Counted from the stretch's first letter, positions 1 through 9,459 are shown. The stretch is 64,000 bases of DNA from Defluviitaleaceae bacterium (GCA_009784025.1 WQVK01000004.1:13903-77902); one strand, 5' to 3'. The notes: generated from the sequence alone by a model not told the origin. A program made the numbers and translations.

Positions 1-1
1 C

Positions 2-2443
2 CGCCACGCAGCCGTGACAATAGACCTGCTGCAACCCGCCAATTTCCAATATTTTAGGTTTGAAGCCACCGAAACCAGAGGCGGCGAAGGCTTGGGCGGC
101 TTCCAAATAAGCCAGCTGCTGCTGGGCGGCAACAACGATGAAAACGACCACAACAGCCCGGCAGAAGATGAAGCCTTCACCAGCTACGACAGGGGCTTAT
201 TGCTAGAAACCGGCATCGCAAGAATCCAACATATACGCAGTAGCGGGCCGAACGCAGGCGTAGAATTTACCCGAGAATATTTCACCAGCTTCCCAGACAA
301 TATTTTTGCCATGCGCGTCACTGGCAGCGGCAGCTTTAGCAAAACAATAGCCATAGAAACGCCCCAGCCAAACGCCGAAGTCACCGCCCCTCACGCAAAT
401 ATTTTAGAGCTTATAGGCCAGCCCCCCGGCCACATAAACGACCCGCGCCATGCGCTACATTTTCTAATGCAGCTGCAGGTTATCCCATTTGTAAACGGCC
501 AAGTGGACATGAGCCGCGTTACAGCCGCCGGCGGTATGCTGGAAGTCACCGATGTGGATGAAATTGTAATCCTAATGGTGGCCGGCACAAATTATGTACA
601 AAGCATGGACCATTATTTCGACTTTTTCCGCCACCGCGAAGAGGCCTTCTACGATATCCGCAGCCGCATGAATGCCGCGGCAGCAATGGGTTACAATGCA
701 CTTTTACGGCGGCATTTGGAAGATTACATGAGGCTTTTTGGCCGGGTGGATTTTCGGCTAGATAACGCCCCTGCCACCGCCCCGGAAGAAACCACAGAGC
801 AAATAGTATGGGGCTACAACTGGGCTGTTGGCAACTCGCGGCCGGGCGGCACTGCGCGCCCTGCCGGCCATGTAAACGCAGGCCTAACAGAAGCACGCCG
901 CGCAGAGCTTGACCGCTACCTAGAGATTCTCATGTTCCAGTTTGGCCGGTATTTGCTAATCGCATCTTCCCGGGAGGGCAGCCTGCCAGCCAACCTGCAA
1001 GGGGTATGGGCTGCGGGGCTGAACCCGCCCTGGGAGGCAGATTATCACACAAATATCAACATACAAATGAACTACTGGCCAGCAGAAGTTACAAACCTGG
1101 CAGAAACTCATATCCCCAAGCTTGAGTATGTACGTTCATTGGTTCCCCGTGGCGAGGCCGTGGCAAGGCATTACCATATGCGCCCGGCGAATAGGCCATT
1201 CCCAGAGGGTGCGCACAGCAGCTACCGTGGTGGGCCATTTGAGCCAATTTCTGGCGAGCCTTATGTGGGGCAGGGTTCGCGGGGGTGGGTGGCGTATCAT
1301 GTAAACAATATTTGGGCTCATGCGCTGCCAGAGAGCTGGTATTCTGCCTTTTATGCCCCAAGCGGCGGCGCGTGGATGGCTTTGCATATCTGGGAACATT
1401 ATTTGTTCAACCTGGACGAAGATATGCTAAGAAAATACTGGCCAGCCCTGTTTGGTGCGGCTATATTTTGGGAAGATAATCTGTGGATAGATTCATTTGA
1501 TGGCGCGCTGGTAACTAATCCGTCATTCTCTCCAGAGCATGGGCCTTACAGCCTGGGCTGCACCAGCGATCAAGCCTTGGTATGGGAGGTTTTTGATGCG
1601 GCAATCCGCGCGGCAGAAATACTGGGCTACGATACAGACCCACGTTTTGCCGCAGATATAGCTGCAATGCGAGGTTCCCAGGCAAACTTGTCTGGCCCGA
1701 AAATAGGCCGGGCAGGCTTCTTCCAAGAATGGCGGCATGAAACCCAAATGGATAGGCTAGGGCTTAACACCCGCAACCCAGGCAGTGGCCCTCACCGCCA
1801 TATAAATCACCTTTTCCCGCTACACCCCGGTACAATGATAATCCCCGGCCGCAGCCCCCAAGATGATATCTATGCAGAAGCCATGCGTGTATCCTTAGGC
1901 GGCGGCCGCACAGACGGCACAACCGGCTGGAGCAGAGCATGGACGCTAAATATCCGCGCACGCCTGCTGGAAGATGACGCGGCCTTTAGGGTGTATCAGG
2001 GGTTGCTGTTCCACCAGAAATTGCCAAGCCTTTTTGGCACACATGCGCCATTCCAAATTGACGGTAATTTTGGCGCCACTGCCGGCGTGGCAGAAATGTT
2101 CATACAAAGCCATGGCGGCATCATTCGCCTGCTGCCAGCCATCCCCAGGGAAACCGCATGGGCCAGCGGCAGAATGGTTGGCCTGCGCGCCAGGGGCGAT
2201 ATCACAGTGGACCAATTTTGGAGCGACGGAGGCCTAGACAGCGCGATGCTGCATATTGGCACAAGGGGCAGCGGCGAAATTGCAGTCTACTATAGCGGCC
2301 TGGCTAATGCTAGCCTGTACAAAGTACAAGATAGCGATGGCAACCAGCTTCGCGAAAGCATTGTATTTGAAGTGGCAAGCGAGAATTTGATCAGCTTTAC
2401 TGCCGCAGCAGATGCGAGTTACGAGATTGTATTTGCAGGTTAA
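2..2443 (+). CDS. GH95-family glycoside hydrolase (alpha-L-fucosidase-like), 5'-truncated by window edge
   Basis: ORF 14..2443 stays open in frame back to nt 2. It carries the hallmark GH95 motif NINIQMNYWPAEVTNL and a long catalytic region. The first ~40 aa look like the end of a discoidin-type binding domain. Confidence 0.8.
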   Translation, partial: RHAAVTIDLLQPANFQYFRFEATETRGGEGLGGFQISQLLLGGNNDENDHNSPAEDEAFTSYDRGLLLETGIARIQHIRSSGPNAGVEFTREYFTSFPDNIFAMRVTGSGSFSKTIAIETPQPNAEVTAPHANILELIGQPPGHINDPRHALHFLMQLQVIPFVNGQVDMSRVTAAGGMLEVTDVDEIVILMVAGTNYVQSMDHYFDFFRHREEAFYDIRSRMNAAAAMGYNALLRRHLEDYMRLFGRVDFRLDNAPATAPEETTEQIVWGYNWAVGNSRPGGTARPAGHVNAGLTEARRAELDRYLEILMFQFGRYLLIASSREGSLPANLQGVWAAGLNPPWEADYHTNINIQMNYWPAEVTNLAETHIPKLEYVRSLVPRGEAVARHYHMRPANRPFPEGAHSSYRGGPFEPISGEPYVGQGSRGWVAYHVNNIWAHALPESWYSAFYAPSGGAWMALHIWEHYLFNLDEDMLRKYWPALFGAAIFWEDNLWIDSFDGALVTNPSFSPEHGPYSLGCTSDQALVWEVFDAAIRAAEILGYDTDPRFAADIAAMRGSQANLSGPKIGRAGFFQEWRHETQMDRLGLNTRNPGSGPHRHINHLFPLHPGTMIIPGRSPQDDIYAEAMRVSLGGGRTDGTTGWSRAWTLNIRARLLEDDAAFRVYQGLLFHQKLPSLFGTHAPFQIDGNFGATAGVAEMFIQSHGGIIRLLPAIPRETAWASGRMVGLRARGDITVDQFWSDGGLDSAMLHIGTRGSGEIAVYYSGLANASLYKVQDSDGNQLRESIVFEVASENLISFTAAADASYEIVFAG

Positions 2444-2464
2444 GGTCAGTTAAGTTGAAATTAG

Positions 2465-2579
2465 TATGGTAAAATGAATGAGAAATGGTCTCGCCAAAGC
2501 GGTAGCTGAAACGCCGAGATAAGGCGTTTTAGGCGTTTTTGCCGCGACGGGCGAGACCGTTTTTTAGGTGTTTTACTAA
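2465..2579 (+). mobile_element. Family-B palindromic MITE-like element (diverged copy) directly after the GH95 stop
   Basis: Aligns to the ~117-bp consensus TATAGTGAAATAAATGAGAAACGGTCTCGCC..CTGAAACGCCGAGATAAGGCGTTTCAG..GGCGAGACCGATTTCGAATTATTTCACTATA. The whole unit can fold as one long hairpin. Confidence 0.7.
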
Positions 2580-2581
2580 TT

Positions 2582-2608
2582 CAGTTGGTCGGATTTTCCG
2601 ACCAACTG
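2582..2608. repeat. Family-A hairpin CAGTTGGTCGG-ATTTT-CCGACCAACTG
   Basis: Perfect 11-bp stem. It is followed by the conserved linker TTTTTCGCCAAAATAAAACT also seen at 7536. Confidence 0.7.
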
Positions 2609-2666
2609 GATTTTTCGCCAAAATAAAACTTCAACCATCAAATTTCTGTAGTTTGCTTTTGGCTTA

Positions 2667-2783
2667 TATAGTGAAATAAATGAGAAACGGTCTCGCCCGA
2701 GCGGCACCTGAAACGCCGAGATAAGGCGTTTCAGGCGTTTTTGCCGCGACAGGTGAGATCGATTTCGAATTATTTCACTATAG
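2667..2783 (+). mobile_element. Family-B palindromic MITE-like element, full length
   Basis: Termini are TATAGTGAAATAA / TTATTTCACTATAG. Nested stems are GGTCTCGCC/GGTGAGATC, GCGGCA/TGCCGC and CCTGAAACGCC-GAGATAA-GGCGTTTCAGG. Confidence 0.85.
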
Positions 2784-2835
2784 TAATTCTGCCTAAAAAA
2801 CACTCATATAGAACGCAGGGAAATTTTTCGCAAGA

Positions 2836-2999
2836 TATAGCCACTCAACCTAAAAACATTCGCATAGAACTTGTGAATTTCCCACAAGCCTTCGTCGCTG
2901 AAAACCTTGCGCACCGCTAGTGCGCGGCGGTTTTCAGCTTCTCGTCTTGCGAAAAATTTCCTGCGCTCTATGCGAATGTTTTTAGGCGGAGTGGCTATA
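2836..2999. mobile_element. Second type of TATAG-ended palindromic element (~164 bp)
   Basis: Terminal inverted repeats are TATAGCCACTCAACCTAAAAACATTCGCATAGA and TCTATGCGAATGTTTTTAGGCGGAGTGGCTATA. There is an inner inverted pair CGCAGGGAAATTTTTCGC / GCGAAAAATTTCCTGCG nearby. Confidence 0.6.
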
Positions 3000-3095
3000 A
3001 TGAGCTGAAAGCCGTCGCGCACTAGCTACATAGCAATTTCCTAGCAACCAAAAAAGTCATGCGGCTACAAATGCGCCGGATGACTTTTTTTGGTT

Positions 3096-3255
3096 TATAG
3101 TGAATTAACTTCAAAATTGTCCAAGGCGAAGCCTTGAGCAATTTTGAAGTTACATGAACGCCCTGCACCGACGCAACGAAGCGTAGGAGGTGCAGTCAGA
3201 CAGCGTTAGCTGGCTGAGTAATTAAACTGGACGATTTTCCAGTTTAATTACTATA
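3096..3255. mobile_element. Third type of TATAG-ended element (~160 bp) made of three consecutive hairpins
   Basis: Ends are TATAGTGAATTAAC and GTTTAATTACTATA. Internal hairpins are AACTTCAAAATTG..CAATTTTGAAGTT, CTGCACC..GGTGCAG and GTAATTAAACTGG..CCAGTTTAATTAC. Confidence 0.6.
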
Positions 3256-3302
3256 AACCTGACTATGCTCACTAAAATTTATAAAAATACCAGGCAAAGC
3301 AG

Positions 3303-3369
3303 CAAAACGCCTTATCTCGGCGTTTCAGGTGCCGCTCTGGCGAGACCGTTTCTCATTTATTTCACTATA
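3303..3369 (-). mobile_element. Family-B half element (one arm plus loop), ending 2 nt from the stop of the lipoprotein gene
   Basis: The reverse complement reads TATAGTGAAATAAATGAGAAACGGTCTCGCCAGAGCGGCACCTGAAACGCCGAGATAAGGCG. Confidence 0.7.
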
Positions 3370-3371
3370 CA

Positions 3372-3980
3372 TCATCTAAAAATAGGTAGCGCAACAGGGA
3401 AGTCTAGGTCAACCAGCCATTCAAACCATATTTGGTACAGCCCGCTGCCTTCGTACAAAAAATGCAAATGGGTAGTAATATTAGAAGCCATAGACATGCT
3501 GCCCGCCCAGCCAATATTCTCTGTGGAGAAATATTCGCTGATGCTTTCCAGGGTATTGCCGGCCGGGGATTCCACAAAATATGCTAGGGTGTTTGGGTTT
3601 TGCTGCGTATGGCTGATATTTTCTATGCTAATGGGAACACGGACAACCTCCGCGCCGTAGAACCCGCTGTCTGGGTCTGTGATTGTATCAAAGCTTACCT
3701 CGTCGATAAATTTTACGGCAAAGCTGCCCAGCACTACATAATCGTCAAAAGTGTAGAAAAACTCAGGGAAGTTTACTTCTACCGGGGCAGGTGTTGGGGT
3801 AGGGGGCGGCGTAGGCTCTGGGGTAGGTTCTGGCGATGGTACATGAACCGCCAGTGACGGGTCTGGATCTACTACTGGTGGTTCGTCGTTGCCACAAGAG
3901 GCTAGGGCTAGCCCCCCGAAGGCCATTGCGGCCACAATCATGCATGATACAAATTTTCTTTTCATTTTAATCTCCTCCAA
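3372..3980 (-). CDS. Putative lipoprotein, last gene of the ECF transporter array
   Basis: 202 aa. It has a signal peptide with lipobox LALASC, a Pro-rich linker (PSPEPTPEPTPPPTPTPAP) and a beta-rich domain of unknown family. A 5-nt gap separates it from ecfT. Confidence 0.6.
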   Translation of the reverse strand: MEEIKMKRKFVSCMIVAAMAFGGLALASCGNDEPPVVDPDPSLAVHVPSPEPTPEPTPPPTPTPAPVEVNFPEFFYTFDDYVVLGSFAVKFIDEVSFDTITDPDSGFYGAEVVRVPISIENISHTQQNPNTLAYFVESPAGNTLESISEYFSTENIGWAGSMSMASNITTHLHFLYEGSGLYQIWFEWLVDLDFPVALPIFR

Positions 3981-3985
3981 ATTTT

Positions 3986-4828
3986 TTATACGAACGGGTT
4001 AAGAAATCTTCCTCCGTTTATAATGCCCATTACAATTGCCGCTACTATAAGCAGCGCGCTTAATGTTATAACAAAATAATCGACCTTTTTAAATGGCCGC
4101 GATTGATACCATGTGCGGGTTTTGTTTTTGCCAAAGCTGCGTAGTTCCATTGCGTTGGCTATCCTGTCGATTCTGTCTATGCTGGTGATGATTAGGGGAA
4201 ACATGATGGAAACCATGCCCCGTACCCTGGTGGTTATTTTTACATTTTTGGAAAGGTCAACGCCACGGGCCTGCTGTGCCTGGCTTATTTCTCTATATTC
4301 CCGCATAACGGTAGGGATGTAGCGCAGCGCCAATGTGACGGAATACGCGATTTTGTAATTGACACCTATTTTGTTTAGCGAAGCCGCAAACTCGCTTGGC
4401 TCTGTGGTGACGAAGAAAATTAGCGCCAGTGGCAGTATTGCTAAGTATTTTAGGGTTTGGTTAAACTGGTAGAACAGCTGCTCTTGGGTGATGTAGTATC
4501 GCCCGATAATATGGAAAATTTCTGTTCTTGTGCCGTAAATGCGCACTCCTTCTTCTGGGGCAAATAAATAGGTTATTATTGTGTTCATGGCCAGGATAAA
4601 TACCAAAAACCCGGCAATCATCTTCATTTCACGCAATGGCACCCGGGAAACCACAAAGAGTATAAACGATAACACCACGATAATAGCCAGCAGCCGCGTG
4701 TCAAAAGTAATCATGGCCGAAAGGCTTAAAAATAACACCATCAGCAGCTTAGATGCCCCTGTAAGGCGGTGTACAGGCGTGTTTTTGTCTATATAACTTA
4801 GCCCGGTTTTAGTCCCGCCGGCCCTCAT
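3986..4828 (-). CDS. ecfT: Energy-coupling factor transporter transmembrane (T) component
   Basis: 280 aa and polytopic, with EcfT/CbiQ-like ARG..L coupling helices (ALRYIPTV.., AQQARGVDL). A 4-nt overlap links it to the upstream ATPase. Confidence 0.85.
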   Translation of the reverse strand: MRAGGTKTGLSYIDKNTPVHRLTGASKLLMVLFLSLSAMITFDTRLLAIIVVLSFILFVVSRVPLREMKMIAGFLVFILAMNTIITYLFAPEEGVRIYGTRTEIFHIIGRYYITQEQLFYQFNQTLKYLAILPLALIFFVTTEPSEFAASLNKIGVNYKIAYSVTLALRYIPTVMREYREISQAQQARGVDLSKNVKITTRVRGMVSIMFPLIITSIDRIDRIANAMELRSFGKNKTRTWYQSRPFKKVDYFVITLSALLIVAAIVMGIINGGRFLNPFV

Positions 4829-6528
4829 GATTTTGCCCTCTCATATTCTATAAAGCAGCGGGTGAAGGCTGCGGGGTCGTCTATTTCACATTCTGCCGCT
4901 AGGTGAAACAGGCTGGTCTCTTTTAGGCTGGCCTTTTCAGATAAAACAGGGTCGCATAACAATGTGGCTGACGGTAAATCTGCCACAAGGTTTCCGCCAG
5001 AAAATACCAGCGCCCTGGGTGCGTATTCCAGCATTAGGTGCATGTCGTGGGTGATTAGCAGTACGGTTACGCCCTTAGCTTGCAGCGCTTTTAGAAACTC
5101 CATGATTTCTGTGTAATGACGGTAATCTTGGCCTGCTGTTGGCTCGTCTAGGATGATTATTTCGGGGTTCATCACCAGCACGCTGGCTATGGTTACGCGT
5201 TTTTTCTGGCCGTAGCTTAGGGCAGATACCGGCCAGTTTCTAAATGGATGCAGGCCGCATATTTCTAAGGTGGCTTCAACCCTTTGTTTTATTTCAGCTT
5301 CGTCTATGCCTTGGTTTACAAGCCCAAGCGCCACTTCATCAAAAATCATTGGCTTACATATCATCTGGTTTGGGTTTTGCATCACATAACCTATATGTTT
5401 TGCCCGGTTGAAAATAGTTTCTTCTGTTATATCCTGGCCAAAGAGCTCTATTTTGCCGCTGTCCAGCTGCTCGAAGCCGCAAATTAGCTTGGCCATTGTG
5501 CTTTTGCCTGCGCCATTTGTACCCACTATTGCGGTCATCTCGCCGCGGGTGATAGTGAAGCTGATATTTTGCAGGGTTCTATCCTTGCTGGGGTAGGTGA
5601 AATTTAGGTTGCTAACCCGCAAAAGCTCTTGTTGGTTTTGCTCGGCTTCCGCAGGGGGCAGGTTTTGGTACCAATTTTTTATGGTGGCTTTATCGCCCTG
5701 GGATAATGTTAGTTGGTCTATCCGCGCTAGTTTATGTTCTTCAGCGGGCGCAATACCCGCATATCGCATGGCAGAGATATACAACGGCTCGCGAAGCCCA
5801 TGTTCACGAAGCAAGCTGCCAGAAAGCAGCTTTGCGGTGGGCATATCCGACACGATGCGCCCGTCGTGCATTATTACCACACGGTCTACATCGCGGTATA
5901 GTACATCCTCTAGCCTATGTTCGATTATTATTACAGTTTTGCTGGTGTCATGCCTTATTTTGTCTATTAGGGCGATTGTGTTCTTACCTGTGGAAGGGTC
6001 AAGGCTTGCAAGTGGCTCGTCAAATAGTAGGATTTGGATATCGTCTACCAAAATACCTGCCATGCTAACGCGCTGCTTCTGCCCGCCAGACAGGTCGAAA
6101 GGGGATGTATCTAAAAATGCATCCCCTATGCCTGTTTTACAAGCCGCAGTTTTTACCTGCGGCAGCATTTCTTCCTTGGGCAGGCAATTATTTTCCAGTG
6201 AAAATGCAATATCTTCTCCGGCGGTTAGCCCTACAAATTGTCCGTCTGTGTCTTGCAACACTGTTCCCACAATTTTAGATAGCTCGAACACACTTAGCTT
6301 ACTAGTGTCAACGCCGTTAACCTTGCAGCTGCCGCTGGCGGTACCCTTATGGTTGAAGGGTATAAGACCGTTTATACAGTTGGCAAGGGTGCTTTTGCCG
6401 CTGCCGCTGGCGCCGGCTATAAGCACTTTTTCGCCCTGATTTATGCTTAGGTTGATATCAGCAAGCGACGGTTCTTTCTGGGCGCGGTACTGGAATGTGA
6501 AATTTTCAAAGGAAATAATTGGCTGCAT
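4825..6528 (-). CDS. Fused ECF/ABC ATPase with two nucleotide-binding domains (EcfA1-EcfA2 type)
   Basis: 567 aa. Walker A occurs twice (GASGSGKST, GTNGAGKST). Signatures are LSGGQKQR and LSYGQKKR. Walker B motifs are LLFDEP and IILDEP. Confidence 0.9.
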   Translation of the reverse strand: MQPIISFENFTFQYRAQKEPSLADINLSINQGEKVLIAGASGSGKSTLANCINGLIPFNHKGTASGSCKVNGVDTSKLSVFELSKIVGTVLQDTDGQFVGLTAGEDIAFSLENNCLPKEEMLPQVKTAACKTGIGDAFLDTSPFDLSGGQKQRVSMAGILVDDIQILLFDEPLASLDPSTGKNTIALIDKIRHDTSKTVIIIEHRLEDVLYRDVDRVVIMHDGRIVSDMPTAKLLSGSLLREHGLREPLYISAMRYAGIAPAEEHKLARIDQLTLSQGDKATIKNWYQNLPPAEAEQNQQELLRVSNLNFTYPSKDRTLQNISFTITRGEMTAIVGTNGAGKSTMAKLICGFEQLDSGKIELFGQDITEETIFNRAKHIGYVMQNPNQMICKPMIFDEVALGLVNQGIDEAEIKQRVEATLEICGLHPFRNWPVSALSYGQKKRVTIASVLVMNPEIIILDEPTAGQDYRHYTEIMEFLKALQAKGVTVLLITHDMHLMLEYAPRALVFSGGNLVADLPSATLLCDPVLSEKASLKETSLFHLAAECEIDDPAAFTRCFIEYERAKS

Positions 6529-6552
6529 TGCTTACCTCTACTTGTGAAATTT

Positions 6553-7110
6553 TTATCTGTCTTTGCTTAGGCTGCCTGTTTTTGGCTTTGCCTTGCTGTA
6601 TGCAAACAGCAAAATTGTGCCAACCACAGCGGTGGTGATAATATTACCTATGGATGCAATTAAACCCTGCGTAAACACGCGGTTGGCTGGCTGTGAATAG
6701 ATAAGAATATCCAAAACCGGCGCAATAACACCCCAAGAGATAACATGAATAATTGCCGAGCAAACAATAAACCTGATGATGGAACTTTTCTTTTCAAACT
6801 CGCCTTCGTCTACGTTAACACCTTTCATCATAACGCCGAATGCAAAACCAACCACGCCAGACACAATTATCCAGCTCCACCACAGCCCCCAGCCAAAATG
6901 CAGGTCTGTTAAAATATGCCCCGCCAGCCCAATAATAAGCCCGGCGATTGGCCCAAACAATACCGCAAAAAAGGCCAGCAACGCATACTGGAATGTGAGG
7001 GTTGTGTTGGCAAACACAGGAATGGACGCAAACCTGGCCAACAAGAAAAACAGGGCGGTGCCAATACCAATGGCAACGATGGTTTTGACGCTAAGAGTTT
7101 GTGCGAACAT
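6553..7110 (-). CDS. ECF transporter substrate-specific (S) component, substrate unknown
   Basis: 185 aa with about 6 TM helices and small hydrophobic S-component-like composition. It is the first gene of the S-A-T array and has a strong RBS (AAGGAGG). Confidence 0.75.
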   Translation of the reverse strand: MFAQTLSVKTIVAIGIGTALFFLLARFASIPVFANTTLTFQYALLAFFAVLFGPIAGLIIGLAGHILTDLHFGWGLWWSWIIVSGVVGFAFGVMMKGVNVDEGEFEKKSSIIRFIVCSAIIHVISWGVIAPVLDILIYSQPANRVFTQGLIASIGNIITTAVVGTILLFAYSKAKPKTGSLSKDR

Positions 7111-7299
7111 AAAGTTCCTCCTTTTAATAGGGGTTTACCCCTTGCAATAAATGCCCGACATTATCCATATGCAATGTCAAATGCCCTTGAAATTTAACAT
7201 AAAGTGGCGCATAAGGCAAGTAAAAACAGAGAGGGTTGATAGTTGGAATATCGCACTATGTTTGCAACATGTTAGAGAGTTGTCTTTTTAGGGAGGGGA

Positions 7300-7466
7300 A
7301 AATGCAGTCAGTTAAACCGAAAACAATCCTCTAGAGCTTGTGATTTTGTTGTACTGCTTCGTAAACGCCATCTTGCGCATCGTCTTGTGCGCTACGTTGT
7401 TGTTTCCCTCGCATTACAGCAAAACCCCTTCGCTCTGAGGGATTGTTTCCAATTTAACGGACTATA
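7300..7466. repeat. ~165-bp palindromic element with one TATAG terminus
   Basis: The left arm is GTTAAACCGAAAACAATCCTCTAGAGC and the right arm is GCTCTGAGGGATTGTTTCCAATTTAACGGACTATA. Together they form imperfect terminal inverted repeats. Confidence 0.5.
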
Positions 7467-7500
7467 AATACGGCGGAGCTGCCTTGTTTTTGCGTTTGTG

Positions 7501-7535
7501 AATTCAGTTGGTCGGATTTTCCGACCAACTGAATT
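7501..7535. repeat. Family-A hairpin with extended stem AATTCAGTTGGTCGG-ATTTT-CCGACCAACTGAATT
   Basis: Perfect palindrome followed by a T-run and by the same linker as the copy at 2609. Confidence 0.75.
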
Positions 7536-7608
7536 TTTCGCTAAAATAAAACTATAACCCTCCAGCTTCTGTGGTTTGTTTTTGGTTTAAATGACCATAT
7601 TCAAACGA

Positions 7609-7660
7609 AAAGAGCTGTTATGCCTGGCATTTTCAAATGCCAGGCACAACAGCTCTTTTA
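7609..7660 (-). terminator. Rho-independent terminator of the xylanase gene (bidirectional hairpin)
   Basis: The stem is AAAAGAGCTGTTaTGCCTGGCAT-TTTCAA-ATGCCAGGCAcAACAGCTCTTTT, with U-runs on both strands. It lies 15 nt downstream of the stop. Confidence 0.7.
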
Positions 7661-7674
7661 AAGTTGCGTTGATT

Positions 7675-9459
7675 CTATACTGTAATATACACGGCCCTGT
7701 TCATCGCATCCCATAACACGTTTGCGCCTAGCATTTCTGCTACGTAGCGGGCCGGTACGAATACTCGGTCGTTTACTATTAAAGGGGCGCCCATGTTGTC
7801 TGGTAGGGGGATGTCTGCTGTTAGGGTTAGGGTGGTGTGGGCCTGGGTTATTGTTACGGTGCGGGTGCTGCCTTCCCAGGCTACTTCTGCACCTAGGGCT
7901 GTGGCCACGGCGCGTAGGGGTAGCATTGTGCGGTCTGTGGTTTCGTCTATGAAGGGCGCGGCGTCTAGCTGGTTGGCGGTTTCGTTTATGGTGTAGGTTT
8001 CGCTGCCTATGGCGAAGCGGATGATGCTAAGTGGCGTTGCAGGTGTGGGCGTTGGGGTTTCGGCTGGGGTGGGGGGTGAAATCAATAGTTGTGCTGGCGT
8101 TGGCGTTGCTTCGTTGTCGTTGGCGTCTGGTGTGGGTGTTGCCACTGGTGGCGCGGGTTGTGGGGCTGGCCTTTGTGGCGCGCCTGCTGCATTGCGGCCT
8201 GCGGTGGGTGCGTGGCCAACTGCTAGCACCGCGTCGAAGGCTGCCTTTGGTACGAAGTTTTCTGCAAATAGGGTTGGATGCTGGGCTCTGCGCCAGCTTC
8301 TGCTGTCTTCCATGCCCCAGAAGCTTACCCGGTTAATATGCTGGTGGAATTGTACATAGAATTCCATCACCCGGCGGAAAGCGTCTGCTTGTAGCTGTTG
8401 GTGGTTTTGGTTAAGTGGTGTGCCCAGCGGGTTTTGAGATGTGCCTATGGTGATATCTAGCTCTGTTACGCTAATCCTGGCGCCTGTTCTGATAAAGCGC
8501 TCTATGGCTGCGCGCACAAGGGCGAAATCCGTACCGCCACCAGCGCCAGGCGCGCCTAGGTGGAAATGGGATTGCATCCCGATAACTTCAATAAGCAGGC
8601 GGCCGTCGTATTGTGGGTGGCCGCGCCAGCGGGCGTTAATTTGCTCTACCATTTGTGCAATGGCTTCGCGTTTGCCGGGGTGTTCCTCGTTAAAATCATT
8701 GTAGTACAGAATTGCATTGGGGTCTGCCAGCCTTGTGAACTTGAAGGCATAGAAAATATAATCCGACCCACATTCGTTTGCCCTTGCGCCGTTGGCGAAA
8801 GCATCGTACCAGCGTAGGTCATTTGTGCCTAGGCCTGTATCGCCTCGGCGCAGCCAATGCCGCCAGTCTGGGTTTTGTGTCCAATCACCATGAGAGAACC
8901 AGTTAACAAAAACCTCATTAACCACATCCCATGAATGAATTCTGCCGCTCCAGCGGCCTGCTACTTCGTTGATATATCTTTCCATGTTGTACATGGCTTG
9001 TTGTCTAGTTAAAAGCGGCAGCTGCGCATGGCCGGGCGCACCCGTAAACCACAGCGGGGATTGCCCATGCCATACCAAAGTATGGCCAATCATTGCCATA
9101 TTATTTTCTTCTGCGAAGTTTAGTACGCGTTCTGCGCGCTCCCAGTTCCAGCCGGCCACATTGTTAAAATCTCTAAACTGGGCGCCAGCGGGTACAATCT
9201 GGTCTGGTTTATGATAGTCTTCTGCGGTTATTGCATTAAAATGATAAGCCAAAAATTCTCTTTCTGGTGCGTTCATTGGCCCGCGCCAGCTACTGCTCCA
9301 AATATTGCCCACCATGAAATAATTCTCGAAATGCCTGTAAATTGACTTGGTAGGGTTGTTGCCCATTGTTGCCGTAGGCGCTGCGAAGGCCACCAAATTT
9401 GGCATGACCATAACCATTGCCATCAAACAAACTGCTGCAATTTTAAAAGTCTGTCTCAT
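7675..9459 (-). CDS. Secreted GH10 endo-1,4-beta-xylanase with C-terminal copper-amine-oxidase-N-like (stalk) domain
   Basis: GH10 motifs are GHTLVWHGQ, WDVVNE and SVTELDI. It has a signal peptide, a Pro/Thr/Ala linker and the C-terminal segment LPLRAVATALGAEVAWEG. The start is placed at Met6 of the ORF because of GGAGGA 7 nt upstream. Confidence 0.9.
   Translation of the reverse strand: MRQTFKIAAVCLMAMVMVMPNLVAFAAPTATMGNNPTKSIYRHFENYFMVGNIWSSSWRGPMNAPEREFLAYHFNAITAEDYHKPDQIVPAGAQFRDFNNVAGWNWERAERVLNFAEENNMAMIGHTLVWHGQSPLWFTGAPGHAQLPLLTRQQAMYNMERYINEVAGRWSGRIHSWDVVNEVFVNWFSHGDWTQNPDWRHWLRRGDTGLGTNDLRWYDAFANGARANECGSDYIFYAFKFTRLADPNAILYYNDFNEEHPGKREAIAQMVEQINARWRGHPQYDGRLLIEVIGMQSHFHLGAPGAGGGTDFALVRAAIERFIRTGARISVTELDITIGTSQNPLGTPLNQNHQQLQADAFRRVMEFYVQFHQHINRVSFWGMEDSRSWRRAQHPTLFAENFVPKAAFDAVLAVGHAPTAGRNAAGAPQRPAPQPAPPVATPTPDANDNEATPTPAQLLISPPTPAETPTPTPATPLSIIRFAIGSETYTINETANQLDAAPFIDETTDRTMLPLRAVATALGAEVAWEGSTRTVTITQAHTTLTLTADIPLPDNMGAPLIVNDRVFVPARYVAEMLGANVLWDAMNRAVYITV

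Noticed and set aside
2576-3660. ORF-track entries 2576..2803(-), 2804..3022(-) and 3265..3660(+), which look like small proteins.
   Set aside because: They are translations of palindromic repeats. The same peptide (YSEIIRNR..QKRLKRLISAFQV) recurs in ORFs 26706..27224 and 40488..40745 wherever a family-B element occurs. They have no RBS, and 3265..3660 overlaps the well-supported lipoprotein gene.
5597-6439. 280-aa plus-strand ORF (and 5706..6068) inside the ECF ATPase gene.
   Set aside because: It is antisense to a CDS with two complete ABC domains. It has low-complexity Ser/Cys-rich composition and no RBS.
7111-7300. Riboswitch upstream of the ECF S-component gene.
   Set aside because: Reading the minus-strand leader, I could not find conserved cores of the TPP, FMN, cobalamin, preQ1 or THF classes. 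This is unresolved without Infernal.
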